A stretch of 64,000 bases of DNA from Burkholderiales bacterium (GCA_043773745.1 JAYVEV010000132.1:1073-65072); one strand, 5' to 3'. Positions 20,752-30,150 are shown, counted from the first letter of the stretch. The notes: generated by a model from the letters alone, not told the origin. A program made the numbers and translations.

Positions 20752-21579
20752 ATGGCTGGCCAAACCGATCATGCCCTGCGCGGCAACTACGACAATATTC
20801 GCGCGGATTTCACCGTCGATCAGGATTGGGCTGCGTATAGCGCCGCCGAGCACGATCTCTGGAGACGGCTCTACGCACGGCAGTCTGCCCTGCTGCCTGA
20901 CTATGCTTGCGATGAATTCTTGGATTCGCTAAACACACTTAATTTCAGTGCGGGTATTCCCAAATTTGATGACATCAATCCCAAGTTAAAAGCCGCGACC
21001 CATTGGCAGATTGTTGCCGTGCCCGGCCTGCTGCCGGACGATGTTTTTTTCACACATTTGGCCAATCGGCGCTTTCCGGTCACGGTTTGGCTGCGCAAGC
21101 CGGAAGAGTTTGATTACATCGTCGAGCCCGATATTTTTCATGATTTTTTTGGCCATGTGCCACTATTATTCAACCGCACTTTCGCGGATTACCTGGAAGC
21201 CTATGGCAAGGGCGGCGTGAAAGCCAAGGGACTCAACGCACTCGATTATTTGGCGCGCCTGTACTGGTATACGGTCGAATTTGGTCTGATCGAAACCCCC
21301 AAAGGTTTGCGCACTTATGGCGCGGGCATCTTATCATCCGGTGGTGAATTGCCATATTGCATTGAAAGCAAAAAATCGAACCGCATCCGCTTCGATTTGC
21401 TGCGTGTGATGCAATCAAAATACAAGATTGACACCTTTCAGGAAACCTACTTCGTCATCAAAAGTTTTAAAGAACTTTTCGAGGCGACTGCGCCTGATTT
21501 CACGCCGTATTACGACGAATTGCGTACGCGGCCCGAGCTGGCGGCGAACGAGGTGCTGGCCATTGATACGCTGCTGTAG
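20752..21579 (+). CDS. phhA: Phenylalanine 4-monooxygenase
   Basis: It has the aromatic amino acid hydroxylase catalytic core (EPDIFHDFFGHVPLL ... YWYTVEFGL) and the bacterial size of 275 aa. Confidence 0.93.
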   Translation: MAGQTDHALRGNYDNIRADFTVDQDWAAYSAAEHDLWRRLYARQSALLPDYACDEFLDSLNTLNFSAGIPKFDDINPKLKAATHWQIVAVPGLLPDDVFFTHLANRRFPVTVWLRKPEEFDYIVEPDIFHDFFGHVPLLFNRTFADYLEAYGKGGVKAKGLNALDYLARLYWYTVEFGLIETPKGLRTYGAGILSSGGELPYCIESKKSNRIRFDLLRVMQSKYKIDTFQETYFVIKSFKELFEATAPDFTPYYDELRTRPELAANEVLAIDTLL

Positions 21580-21624
21580 CGGAAGACAAACTCAGCCTGC
21601 GTCCATTTAATTTCTAATTAATCC

Positions 21625-22053
21625 ATGCTTGAATTTTCACCCGAAGCCGGTTTATGGGGGCTGTTCGCATCGGCATTTGTCTCAGCCACGATACTGCCCG
21701 GCAGCTCTGAAGTCGTCTTGATTGGCTTGCTGGCCAAATATCCAGACACCCTCTGGTCCGCCATCGCCGTGGCCACTGTAGGCAACACGCTGGGCGGTGT
21801 TTCTTCCTATTGGCTGGGCAGACTTTTACCCAACAAAGCCGAAGGCCGCGCGATTGCATGGGTCAAGCGCTACGGCATGTGGTCGCTGTTGTTGAGTTGG
21901 ATACCCGTGATCGGCGATGCGCTGTGTGTTGCGGCAGGCTGGCTGCGGTTTAACGCATGGACGTGCACGCTGCTATTGGCGATTGGCAAACTGTTCCGCT
22001 ATTTATTGATTGCAGGTGGTTGGGCGTGGTTTGCCCAATCGTTTCTGGTTTGA
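21625..22053 (+). CDS. yqaA: YqaA-family (DedA/SNARE-associated related) membrane protein
   Basis: The product is 142 aa with 4 hydrophobic helices and the motifs ILPGSSEVVLIGL and PVIGDALCVAAGW. Confidence 0.7.
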   Translation: MLEFSPEAGLWGLFASAFVSATILPGSSEVVLIGLLAKYPDTLWSAIAVATVGNTLGGVSSYWLGRLLPNKAEGRAIAWVKRYGMWSLLLSWIPVIGDALCVAAGWLRFNAWTCTLLLAIGKLFRYLLIAGGWAWFAQSFLV

Positions 22054-22098
22054 CGGTTATTGTCGCCATTACCGCCATTGCTGCTATTGCCGCTGCAG

Positions 22099-23034
22099 CT
22101 ACGGGGATAGCAAATTAGCCGCCAGCACGCTGTCCACCGCCACACGCGTTAACTTCGGCGCCAGTAGCTCGATTAATTCATAGGTATAACCGCGCAAAAA
22201 TGCGCCGCGTTTCAAAGCAATTTTGGTCACGCTCTCGGCAAATAAATGCTTCGCAGAAATTACGCCCAGTGCGCTGTCCTGTTTAGGGTCATAAGCCATT
22301 TCCGCCAGCAGGCCAATGCCAATTCCCAGCTCAACATAGGTCTTGATCACGTCCGCGTCCATCGCCGAAATCACGAAAGTGGGCGTGATTCCTTGTTCCG
22401 CAAACGCGCGATTCACCGCGCCGCGACCGGTCATGGAAATATCGTAGGACACCAGCGGATAGGTCGCAATATCAGCGAGCGTCAGTTTGCGCTTGGCTAA
22501 AATCGGATGCCCCTTTTGCGCTACCACCACACGATTCCACGCATAAAGTGGCATCGTCACCAGCTCGGGGACCTCATCCAGATACTCAGTCGCGATACCC
22601 ACATCGGCCCGGCCAGATGCCACTTCAGCGGCCACCTGCATGGGATTGCCCTGATGAATGAACAGCGAGACCTTCGGGAATCGCTTCAAGAAAACCGGAA
22701 TGACCTTGGGCAGCAAATAGCGCGCCTGAGTATGGGTGGTGGCGATGACCATTTCACCGACATTCTCGTCCTGCAAATCCCGCGCGGCGCGTTTTAGATT
22801 GCCCGCATTGGCCAGCACCGCCTCCGCCATCGCCACCAGCCGTTTTCCGGCTGGGGTAATTTCGGTCAGGCGTTTACCGCGCCGTACAAACACCTGTACG
22901 CCCAGCTCATCCTCAAGCGCGAGAATTTGTTTACTGATACCGGGCTGGGAGGTGTGAAGTGCGGCGGCCGCATCTGACACGGAGAGATTGCGGCGAGCGA
23001 CTTCGCATAGGTAGCGGAGTTGTTGAAGAGTCAT
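22099..23034 (-). CDS. LysR-type regulator of the CysB/SsuR subfamily
   Basis: The N-terminal wHTH (MTLQQLRYLCEVARRNLSVSDAAAALHTSQPGISKQILALEDELG) is CysB-like. The gene is divergent from the sulfate-assimilation operon. Confidence 0.85.
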   Translation of the reverse strand: MTLQQLRYLCEVARRNLSVSDAAAALHTSQPGISKQILALEDELGVQVFVRRGKRLTEITPAGKRLVAMAEAVLANAGNLKRAARDLQDENVGEMVIATTHTQARYLLPKVIPVFLKRFPKVSLFIHQGNPMQVAAEVASGRADVGIATEYLDEVPELVTMPLYAWNRVVVAQKGHPILAKRKLTLADIATYPLVSYDISMTGRGAVNRAFAEQGITPTFVISAMDADVIKTYVELGIGIGLLAEMAYDPKQDSALGVISAKHLFAESVTKIALKRGAFLRGYTYELIELLAPKLTRVAVDSVLAANLLSP

Positions 23035-23062
23035 GGCGTATTCCTGTATGCGCTGTTTCTAT

Positions 23063-23077
23063 ATAGCTTAAAGCTAT
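23063..23077. promoter_or_regulatory. Perfect 15-bp palindrome ATAGCTTAAAGCTAT (T-N11-A LysR-type box) in the divergent cysB-like/tauE-cysI promoter region
   Basis: I read it directly at 23063-23077, 29 bp upstream of the regulator start. The 10-mer TCTATATAGC also recurs at 23058-23067 and 23107-23116. Confidence 0.45.
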
Positions 23078-23248
23078 TTAATATTAACTTATTATTCCTT
23101 TTCAATCTATATAGCAGCCACTAACATCACACCTTGCGATCAAAAAGATAGCATTTTAGATATTCGTCCCGTTCATGGCTCGACGGACTCACCACAAGCG
23201 GTAAAGAGTTTCAGAAATTTCCACCAATAACAGTCTAGAAAACACGAA

Positions 23249-24040
23249 ATGGATTTTGTTTATTCAATTGCGGGACTGGGTGTTGGCATCATCGTCGGCC
23301 TGACGGGTGTCGGCGGCGGCTCGCTCATGACGCCCCTGCTGGTGCTGCTGTTCGGCATAACCCCGGCAACCGCGGTGGGTACGGATCTACTCTATGCCTC
23401 GATCACCAAGGCGGGCGGGGTGGCGGTGCACGGTATCAAAAAAACGATTGACTGGAAAATTGTCGGCTGGCTGGCTGCAGGCAGTGTCCCGGCCAGTTTG
23501 CTGGTGGTGTTGTATCTGATGTTTAGTCGAACAACGGGCACAGCGCCGGATGCGAAATTTTCATCATTGTTTTCATTTTCTCTGGGCATCATGCTGCTGC
23601 TGACCGCTCTGGCATTGGTGTTTCGTAAGCGTCTGCAACAGTGGGCTGCACACAGAAGCCCCGAACCCATCACCGCTTCGCGGAAACCGTTGTACACCGT
23701 GTTGCTGGGCGCCTTTATTGGTATCGCCGTATCGCTTTCATCCGTCGGGGCTGGCGCGGTAGGCGTCACCGCACTGATTTTGCTTTACCCGAAATTACCC
23801 ATCCCACGCATTGTTGGTACTGATATTGCCCACGCGGTGCCGCTAACCCTGATTGCGGGCTTGGGCCATGCCTCGCTGGGCCATGTGGATTTATCGTTGC
23901 TGGGTTCACTGTTGCTCGGCTCGTTACCGGGCGTGGCAATTGGCAGCCTCCTCGCCACGCGCTTGCCGGAATTTTTTGTGCGCCACTCACTGGTGGTGTT
24001 GCTGCTGATTATCGGCGGCCGTCTGGTTTTTTTAAGGTAA
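23249..24040 (+). CDS. TauE/SafE (TSUP) family anion exporter/permease
   Basis: It has about 8 TM helices and a Gly-rich first helix (GLGVGIIVGLTGVGGGSLMTPLL). It is the first gene of the cys operon. Confidence 0.8.
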   Translation: MDFVYSIAGLGVGIIVGLTGVGGGSLMTPLLVLLFGITPATAVGTDLLYASITKAGGVAVHGIKKTIDWKIVGWLAAGSVPASLLVVLYLMFSRTTGTAPDAKFSSLFSFSLGIMLLLTALALVFRKRLQQWAAHRSPEPITASRKPLYTVLLGAFIGIAVSLSSVGAGAVGVTALILLYPKLPIPRIVGTDIAHAVPLTLIAGLGHASLGHVDLSLLGSLLLGSLPGVAIGSLLATRLPEFFVRHSLVVLLLIIGGRLVFLR

Positions 24041-24046
24041 CAGCTT

Positions 24047-25735
24047 ATGTACAAATATGATTCCATTGATCAGAAAATCGTCGACGAGCGCGTGGCACAA
24101 TTTCGCGGCCAGACCGAACGTTTTCTGCGTGGCGAATTAAGCGAAGATGAGTTTCGTCCACTGCGTTTGCAAAACGGTCTGTACGTGCAAAAGCATGCGC
24201 CGATGTTGCGGGTGGCGATTCCTTATGGCCATCTTTCAAGCAAGCAGATGCGCATGCTGGCACATATCGCCCGCAAATACGACCGCGGCTACGCGCACTT
24301 CACCACCCGCCAGAACATCCAATATAACTGGCCCGAATTAAAGCGGGTACCCGATATTCTGGCGGATCTGGCGACGGTTGAAATGCACGCGATTCAAACC
24401 TCGGGCAACTGTATTCGCAACACCACCTCGGATCAATTTGCCGGGGTCGCACATGATGAGTTGATTGATCCGCGTCCCTATGCAGAATTGATTCGTCAGT
24501 GGTCAACCTTCCATCCCGAGTTTGCCTACCTGCCGCGCAAATTCAAGATTGCCGTCAATGGTGCAGTCGAGGATCGCGCCGGTACTTTGTTTCACGATAT
24601 CGGCATTCACACCGTTAAAACGGATGATGGTGAGGTGGTGTTCCGTATTCTGGTGGGTGGTGGCCTGGGTCGCACGCCGATCCTCGGCCACGTGATTCGC
24701 GAGGCGTTGCCCAAGCAACATTTGTTTACTTATCTTGACGCGATTTTGCGCGTCTATAACCGTTTTGGTCGCCGCGACAATATGTACAAAGCGCGCATCA
24801 AAATATTGGTTAAAGAACTGGGTCTCGAAAAATTCCGCGCTGAGGTTGAAGCCGAATGGGCGCATTTGAAGGATGGCCCCTCGACGCTAACGCAGGCCGA
24901 GATTGATCGCGTCGCCGCCTATTTTATCGACCCCGACTATGAGGTTTTGTCGGCCGTTGATGCGGATTATGAACGCAACCTGCTGGAGCATAAAGCCTTT
25001 GACCGCTGGGTCGAGCGCAATGTGTTTGGTCATAAGCAAGCGGGCTATGCCGCGGTCACACTGTCACTGAAAAAAACCGGCATCGCACCCGGTGATGCGA
25101 CCGACCTACAGCTAGATGCGGTAGCTGATCTCGCCGATGAATTCAGCTATGGTGAAATTCGCGTCTCGCATGAGCAAAATCTTATTCTTGCGGATGTAAA
25201 AAATCGCGATTTGTTCACTGTCTGGCAACGTGCTAAAGCTATCGGTTTTGCCACCCCCAATATCGGATTGCTCACCGACATCATCGCCTGTCCCGGCGGC
25301 GATTTTTGCTCACTGGCCAATGCAAAGTCAATCCCCGTTGCCGAAGCGATTCAGCGTCGCTTTGATGATCTGGATTATTTATTTGATATCGGCGATATCG
25401 CCATCAATATTTCAGGCTGCATGAATGCCTGTGGCCATCATCATGTGGGGCATATCGGCATTCTCGGTGTGGACAAGCATGGCGCGGAGTTTTATCAAGT
25501 CACGATTGGCGGCAGCCAGGGTTTGCAGGCGGCACTGGGCAAAGTGATTGGCCCGTCGTTCGCACAGGATGAAATGGCTGATGTGGTCGAAAAGTTGATC
25601 AAGACCTATGTCGCATTGCGCTTTGAAGATGAGCATTTTCTGGATACGGCCAAGCGCGTCGGCATTGAGCCGTTCAAGGCCAGCGTATACAACAAAAAAG
25701 CCGGGCACAGTGAAGTTGAGGTCGCCAATGTCTAG
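24047..25735 (+). CDS. cysI: Assimilatory sulfite reductase hemoprotein (nitrite/sulfite reductase family)
   Basis: It has duplicated NIR_SIR ferredoxin-like halves and siroheme/4Fe-4S ligand cysteines (ACPGGDFCSLA ... GCMNACGHHHVGHIGI). Confidence 0.9.
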   Translation: MYKYDSIDQKIVDERVAQFRGQTERFLRGELSEDEFRPLRLQNGLYVQKHAPMLRVAIPYGHLSSKQMRMLAHIARKYDRGYAHFTTRQNIQYNWPELKRVPDILADLATVEMHAIQTSGNCIRNTTSDQFAGVAHDELIDPRPYAELIRQWSTFHPEFAYLPRKFKIAVNGAVEDRAGTLFHDIGIHTVKTDDGEVVFRILVGGGLGRTPILGHVIREALPKQHLFTYLDAILRVYNRFGRRDNMYKARIKILVKELGLEKFRAEVEAEWAHLKDGPSTLTQAEIDRVAAYFIDPDYEVLSAVDADYERNLLEHKAFDRWVERNVFGHKQAGYAAVTLSLKKTGIAPGDATDLQLDAVADLADEFSYGEIRVSHEQNLILADVKNRDLFTVWQRAKAIGFATPNIGLLTDIIACPGGDFCSLANAKSIPVAEAIQRRFDDLDYLFDIGDIAINISGCMNACGHHHVGHIGILGVDKHGAEFYQVTIGGSQGLQAALGKVIGPSFAQDEMADVVEKLIKTYVALRFEDEHFLDTAKRVGIEPFKASVYNKKAGHSEVEVANV

Positions 25736-26246
25736 CTTAAAAATTATTCGTGATGGCGTGATTGTCAATGATGATTGGACCTTGGTTGCGGATCAGGACG
25801 CAGCCTGGCCGAGCGGCCAGCTGATTGTGCCGCTCAAGGTTTGGGGATTACGTAAGCATGAATTGCTCGCGCGCGCTGAACCCATTGGTGTGTGGCTTGA
25901 TGGTCATGGCGATGTTGCAATACTGGCCGACTCGGTTGGTCAGCTTTCGCTGATCGCCATCAATTTCCCCAAGTTTGCCGATGGTCGCGGCTACTCGGCA
26001 GCAGCGCTGTTGCGCACTCGATACGGCTTCAAGGGAGAGCTTCGCGCCATTGGCGATGTGTTGCGTGACCAGCTCTTTTATATGCAGCGGGTCGGTTTCA
26101 ATGCCTTTGCGGTGCGCGCGGACAAAGATATTGCGGATGCATTGAAAGCCCTGAACGATTTTTCTGAAACCTATCAGGGCTCCACTGATCAACCAGTGCC
26201 TCTATTTCGCCGCCGTGCGGCCCATCCATCAGAAAGTTCGGCATGA
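25728..26246 (+). CDS. DUF934 protein (sulfite-reductase-associated)
   Basis: The ATG at 25728 overlaps the cysI stop. The motif FPKFADGRGYSAARLLR-like (here FPKFADGRGYSAAALLRTRYGFKGELRAIGDV) is typical of DUF934, the cysX position in Burkholderia operons. Confidence 0.8.
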   Translation: MSSLKIIRDGVIVNDDWTLVADQDAAWPSGQLIVPLKVWGLRKHELLARAEPIGVWLDGHGDVAILADSVGQLSLIAINFPKFADGRGYSAAALLRTRYGFKGELRAIGDVLRDQLFYMQRVGFNAFAVRADKDIADALKALNDFSETYQGSTDQPVPLFRRRAAHPSESSA

Positions 26247-27022
26247 ACGCCTCGCTTGAAGCCAAAATTGCCGCACTCAAAGTACTGCTCGTCCACATCG
26301 AGCAAAACTTTGCGCCGGCGGTATTCGCCTCCAGTTTCGGCGCAGAAGATATGGTGTTGTTTGATCTCATCGCCCGCCACGGCAAAGGCATTGAAATTTT
26401 TACGCTTGATACCGGCCGCCTGCCGTCAGAAACTCTCAATCTCATGCATCGCGCGCAGGCAAAATACGATATCGATGTGACATCGTATACACCTGCGGCT
26501 AGCGCCGTACAAAGCTATATCGACAGCGTTGGACTTAATGGGTTTTATGAAAGTATTGAAAACCGCAAAGCGTGCTGCCATATCCGTAAAGTTGAGCCGC
26601 TTGCCCGCGCGCTCTCGGACAAGCGTGCATGGCTAACCGGACTGCGCCGCGAACAGGCGCCGACCCGTTCTGATCTTGGTGAATCTGAAATTGATGCGAC
26701 GCACGGTCTCACCAAATTCAATCCGCTCATTGATTGGACTAACGATGATGTATGGAACTATATTCGCGCCAATGAGGTGCCTTACAACGCACTGCATGAT
26801 CGCGGCTACCCCAGCATCGGCTGTGAGCCCTGCACACGCGCCGTAAAGCCCGGTGAAGATGCTCGTGCTGGACGCTGGTGGTGGGAATCAAAGGCTGAGC
26901 AGAAGGAATGCGGCCTGCATGTGGCCGAATCAGCAGCGGCATCCGCCATCCCTGCCTATGCATCCATTGCCATCAACGTTATCAACGCAATCGAAACACC
27001 CCTTCAGAAAGCAAGCGTATGA
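26243..27022 (+). CDS. cysH: Adenylyl-sulfate (APS) reductase, thioredoxin-dependent, Fe-S type
   Basis: It has a PAPS/APS reductase fold and the catalytic ECGLH. The Cys-Cys (KACCHIRK) plus CxxC (GCEPC) ligands are characteristic of the 4Fe-4S APS-reducing subclass. Confidence 0.88.
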   Translation: MNASLEAKIAALKVLLVHIEQNFAPAVFASSFGAEDMVLFDLIARHGKGIEIFTLDTGRLPSETLNLMHRAQAKYDIDVTSYTPAASAVQSYIDSVGLNGFYESIENRKACCHIRKVEPLARALSDKRAWLTGLRREQAPTRSDLGESEIDATHGLTKFNPLIDWTNDDVWNYIRANEVPYNALHDRGYPSIGCEPCTRAVKPGEDARAGRWWWESKAEQKECGLHVAESAAASAIPAYASIAINVINAIETPLQKASV

Positions 27023-27987
27023 GCTTCATTGATTCCATTATTCCCGCTGGCACTGCTCTCAGCGAAGCGCGTCTGAACAACAACCGCGCATCGTTGAGCA
27101 AACACCTGAGCTGGCTCGAGTCAGAAGCGATTCACATCATGCGCGAAACGGTCGCAGAAACACGCAACCCCGCGCTGCTGTTTTCCGGTGGTAAGGATTC
27201 GATTGTGATGCTGCGCATTGCGGAAAAAGCATTTCGCCCGGACCGCTTGCCGTTTCCGCTATTACATATTGATACCGAGCACAACTTCCCTGAAGTGATT
27301 GCTTTCCGCGACCAAAAAGTCACCGAGTTACAGGAAAAATTGATCGTGCGCTCGGTCGGCGAGGATATCCGTGCAGGCCGGGTGGTGTTGCGAAAGCCCG
27401 ATGAAAGCCGCAATGTGCACCAAACCACCACGTTGCTGGCGGCAATCAAGGAGTTTGAATTTGATGCACTATTTGGCGGTGCGCGCCGTGATGAAGAAAA
27501 AGCCCGCGCGAAGGAACGCATTATTTCGCACCGCGATGAATGGGGCCAGTGGGACCCGAAAAATCAGCGGCCTGAATTATGGAGCCTGTACAACCTGCGC
27601 ATTCATCCGGGCGAGCATGTGCGCGTATTTCCACTCTCGAACTGGACCGAGCTCGATATCTGGCAATACATCGCGCATGAAAATCTGGCCGTGCCATCGA
27701 TCTATTTTTCGCACGAACGTGAAGTCGTTGAACGCAAAGGTTTGCTGGTACCGGTCACCGAATTGACGCCGCCCAAAGCCGGTGAAACTGTCATCACCAA
27801 GCCAGTGCGATTCCGCACGGTGGGCGACATAACCTGCACCGCACCGGTTGCATCGGATGCGACCACGGTAGATGAAATTATTGAAGAGACTTTGCTGTCC
27901 CGATTGACCGAGCGCGGCGCCACGCGGCTGGATGATCAGACCTCGGATGCATCGATGGAGCAACGCAAAAAAGAAGGATACTTTTGA
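27019..27987 (+). CDS. cysD: Sulfate adenylyltransferase subunit 2
   Basis: ATGA coupling links it to cysH. It contains LESEAIHIMRE, FSGGKDS (PP-loop) and the C-terminus EQRKKEGYF. Confidence 0.93.
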   Translation: MSFIDSIIPAGTALSEARLNNNRASLSKHLSWLESEAIHIMRETVAETRNPALLFSGGKDSIVMLRIAEKAFRPDRLPFPLLHIDTEHNFPEVIAFRDQKVTELQEKLIVRSVGEDIRAGRVVLRKPDESRNVHQTTTLLAAIKEFEFDALFGGARRDEEKARAKERIISHRDEWGQWDPKNQRPELWSLYNLRIHPGEHVRVFPLSNWTELDIWQYIAHENLAVPSIYFSHEREVVERKGLLVPVTELTPPKAGETVITKPVRFRTVGDITCTAPVASDATTVDEIIEETLLSRLTERGATRLDDQTSDASMEQRKKEGYF

Positions 27988-29276
27988 TGAGCACGAATAT
28001 TGCCGCCACTATCGATACACTTCGCTTCACCACCGCAGGCTCGGTGGATGATGGCAAATCAACGCTGATAGGACGCTTGCTATACGACTCGAAATCGATT
28101 CTTGAAGATCAGATTGCCGCGATCGCGCGCACCACCAGCAAGCGCGGCCAAGAAGGGCTTGATTTATCGCTGCTCACCGATGGTCTCAGCGCGGAGCGCG
28201 AGCAAGGCATCACCATTGATGTGGCATACCGCTACTTCGCCACACCCAATCGCCGCTTCATCATTGCCGATACACCGGGCCATGAGCAATACACCCGCAA
28301 CATGGTCACGGGTGCTTCAACCGCGGATGTGGCGATTGTGCTGATTGATGCCGCCAAAGGTATTAAGCCGCAATCACGCCGTCACGCTGCCTTAGCCGTG
28401 CTGCTCGATTTGCCGCATGTGGTGGTAGCCGTCAACAAGATGGATCTGGTTGGCTACAAAAAAGAAGTGTTCCAGAAAATCAAAAGTGATTTCACCGCGA
28501 TTGCGCGTGAACTCGGTGTACGCGAGATTTCATTTATTCCGGTCTCGGCACTGCAAGGCGATATGGTGGTGAACAAGGAAAGTGCCGGCACCAACAATAT
28601 GCCTTGGTACAACGGACCGACACTGCTGGAATTCTTAGAATCGGTTCGCGTAGGCAAAGCAGTCGTACCGGCATTTCGGCTTCCTGTGCAATTAGTATCG
28701 CGTGTGCGCTTCGGCGCCAATCAGGACAGTCGCGGCTACTTGGGGCGCGTCGAATCGGGCAGTGTGAAAGTAGGCGACCATATTGTAGTGCTGCCCTCTG
28801 GCGAGACTGCGCGCATTGCCGAGATCATTACGCTTGATGGCAATGCACAGTCGGCAGAATCACTGGATTCCGTGACCATTACGTTGGACCGTCAGCTCGA
28901 TATTTCGCGCGGCGATGTGATTGCCGAGCGTTTCAAACCACCCCGCGTGACGCAAAATATCCGGGCCAATGTGTGCTGGCTAGGCAATGATCCGCTATCG
29001 ACAACCAGACGTTATTTGCTCAAGCACGGCACCCGTACCGTGCCCGCGAAAATTTCGTCAGTCAATTCGCGCTACGACATTCTCACGCTGCAACCCACAG
29101 CCACCACCACGCTGAACACCAACGATATCGGTGCGCTGTCGATTCATGTCGCCCAGCCGGTCATGGTCGATGCATACTGGGCAAACCACGCTGGCGGCAG
29201 TTTTATCTTGCTCGATGAAGCGACTAATGCGACGGTGGCTGCAGGCACGATTCTTTCGGAGCCGACAGATGTTTAA
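27984..29276 (+). CDS. cysN: Sulfate adenylyltransferase subunit 1 (GTPase), no fused APS kinase
   Basis: The GTPase motifs GSVDDGKST, DTPGH and NKMD are present. The product is 430 aa and ends without a CysC domain. Confidence 0.92.
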   Translation: MMSTNIAATIDTLRFTTAGSVDDGKSTLIGRLLYDSKSILEDQIAAIARTTSKRGQEGLDLSLLTDGLSAEREQGITIDVAYRYFATPNRRFIIADTPGHEQYTRNMVTGASTADVAIVLIDAAKGIKPQSRRHAALAVLLDLPHVVVAVNKMDLVGYKKEVFQKIKSDFTAIARELGVREISFIPVSALQGDMVVNKESAGTNNMPWYNGPTLLEFLESVRVGKAVVPAFRLPVQLVSRVRFGANQDSRGYLGRVESGSVKVGDHIVVLPSGETARIAEIITLDGNAQSAESLDSVTITLDRQLDISRGDVIAERFKPPRVTQNIRANVCWLGNDPLSTTRRYLLKHGTRTVPAKISSVNSRYDILTLQPTATTTLNTNDIGALSIHVAQPVMVDAYWANHAGGSFILLDEATNATVAAGTILSEPTDV

Positions 29277-30066
29277 CAACACTTCATCAAAAGTCTATTT
29301 GGTCGGCGCAGGTCCTGGCGCACCGGATTTGCTCACATTGCGTGCGGCACGATTACTGGAGCGCGCCGACATTGTTTTCTACGATGCGCTGGTTCATGCC
29401 GATACCATCGCCCTCGCGGTGAATGCCAAAAAAATTGCTGTTGGTAAACGCGCCGGACAAGTATCAACTGATCAGCGCTTCATCAATCGCAGCTTGGTGG
29501 AAGCCGCCGCCCGCTATGAAATCGTGGTGCGCCTGAAAGGGGGCGACCCAATGATGTTTGGCCGCGCGCAAGAAGAGATTGATGAATTGGTTGCGGCGGG
29601 TATCGCCTATGAAGTAGTGCCTGGCATCACCGCCGCGCTTGCCGCCAGCGCGCAGCTCGGCGTCTCGCTTACCCAACGCGGCGTTGCCCGCAGCGTAACC
29701 TTCGCCACCCCGCGCAGCGGCCCTGATGAAAGCCAAAGCGAATGGGTCAAAAGCGCCGCCGCCGCCGACACCACCGTGCTCTACATGGCCGTCGGCCAAG
29801 CCCCGCAAATTGCTGCCGCACTGATCGCTGAAGGCAAATCAGCCGCCACACCGGTGGCAATTATCGAGAGCGCCACACTGCCAGAAGAGCAAAGAATTTT
29901 CACCACACTGGCCGGGCTCACCGCCTCGTCACTGCAACTGCGCGGCCCCGCCGTGCTGTGTATTGGCGAGGTATTTTCGGTAGAGCGGATTAACGTCAAA
30001 AAAGGACACACGAGCACTGGCGAGGCGTTTGAGCCGATTATGGCTGGAAAAACCCGCCGATATTAG
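29269..30066 (+). CDS. cobA: Uroporphyrinogen-III C-methyltransferase (siroheme branch)
   Basis: The ATG at 29269 overlaps the cysN stop. It contains VYLVGAGPGAPDLLTLRA and VVRLKGGDPMMFGRAQEE, which are TP_methylase motifs. Confidence 0.88.
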   Translation: MFNNTSSKVYLVGAGPGAPDLLTLRAARLLERADIVFYDALVHADTIALAVNAKKIAVGKRAGQVSTDQRFINRSLVEAAARYEIVVRLKGGDPMMFGRAQEEIDELVAAGIAYEVVPGITAALAASAQLGVSLTQRGVARSVTFATPRSGPDESQSEWVKSAAAADTTVLYMAVGQAPQIAAALIAEGKSAATPVAIIESATLPEEQRIFTTLAGLTASSLQLRGPAVLCIGEVFSVERINVKKGHTSTGEAFEPIMAGKTRRY

Positions 30067-30150
30067 AATTCGGCACCCCTGAGCCACGTGAGGCGGCAAT
30101 TTCGCGAAGCCTTGCTTCACGCCGGCCGAGCCAGAAACCGGTGCCGCGTT

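Noticed and set aside
30067-30150. Imperfect long-range inverted repeats between the convergent cobA and binding-protein genes, considered as a bidirectional terminator
   Set aside because: The stems are short or mismatched (CGTGAGG...CTTCACG; CGGCACC...GGTGCCG), the loops are large and there are no flanking T/A runs. This is not convincing.
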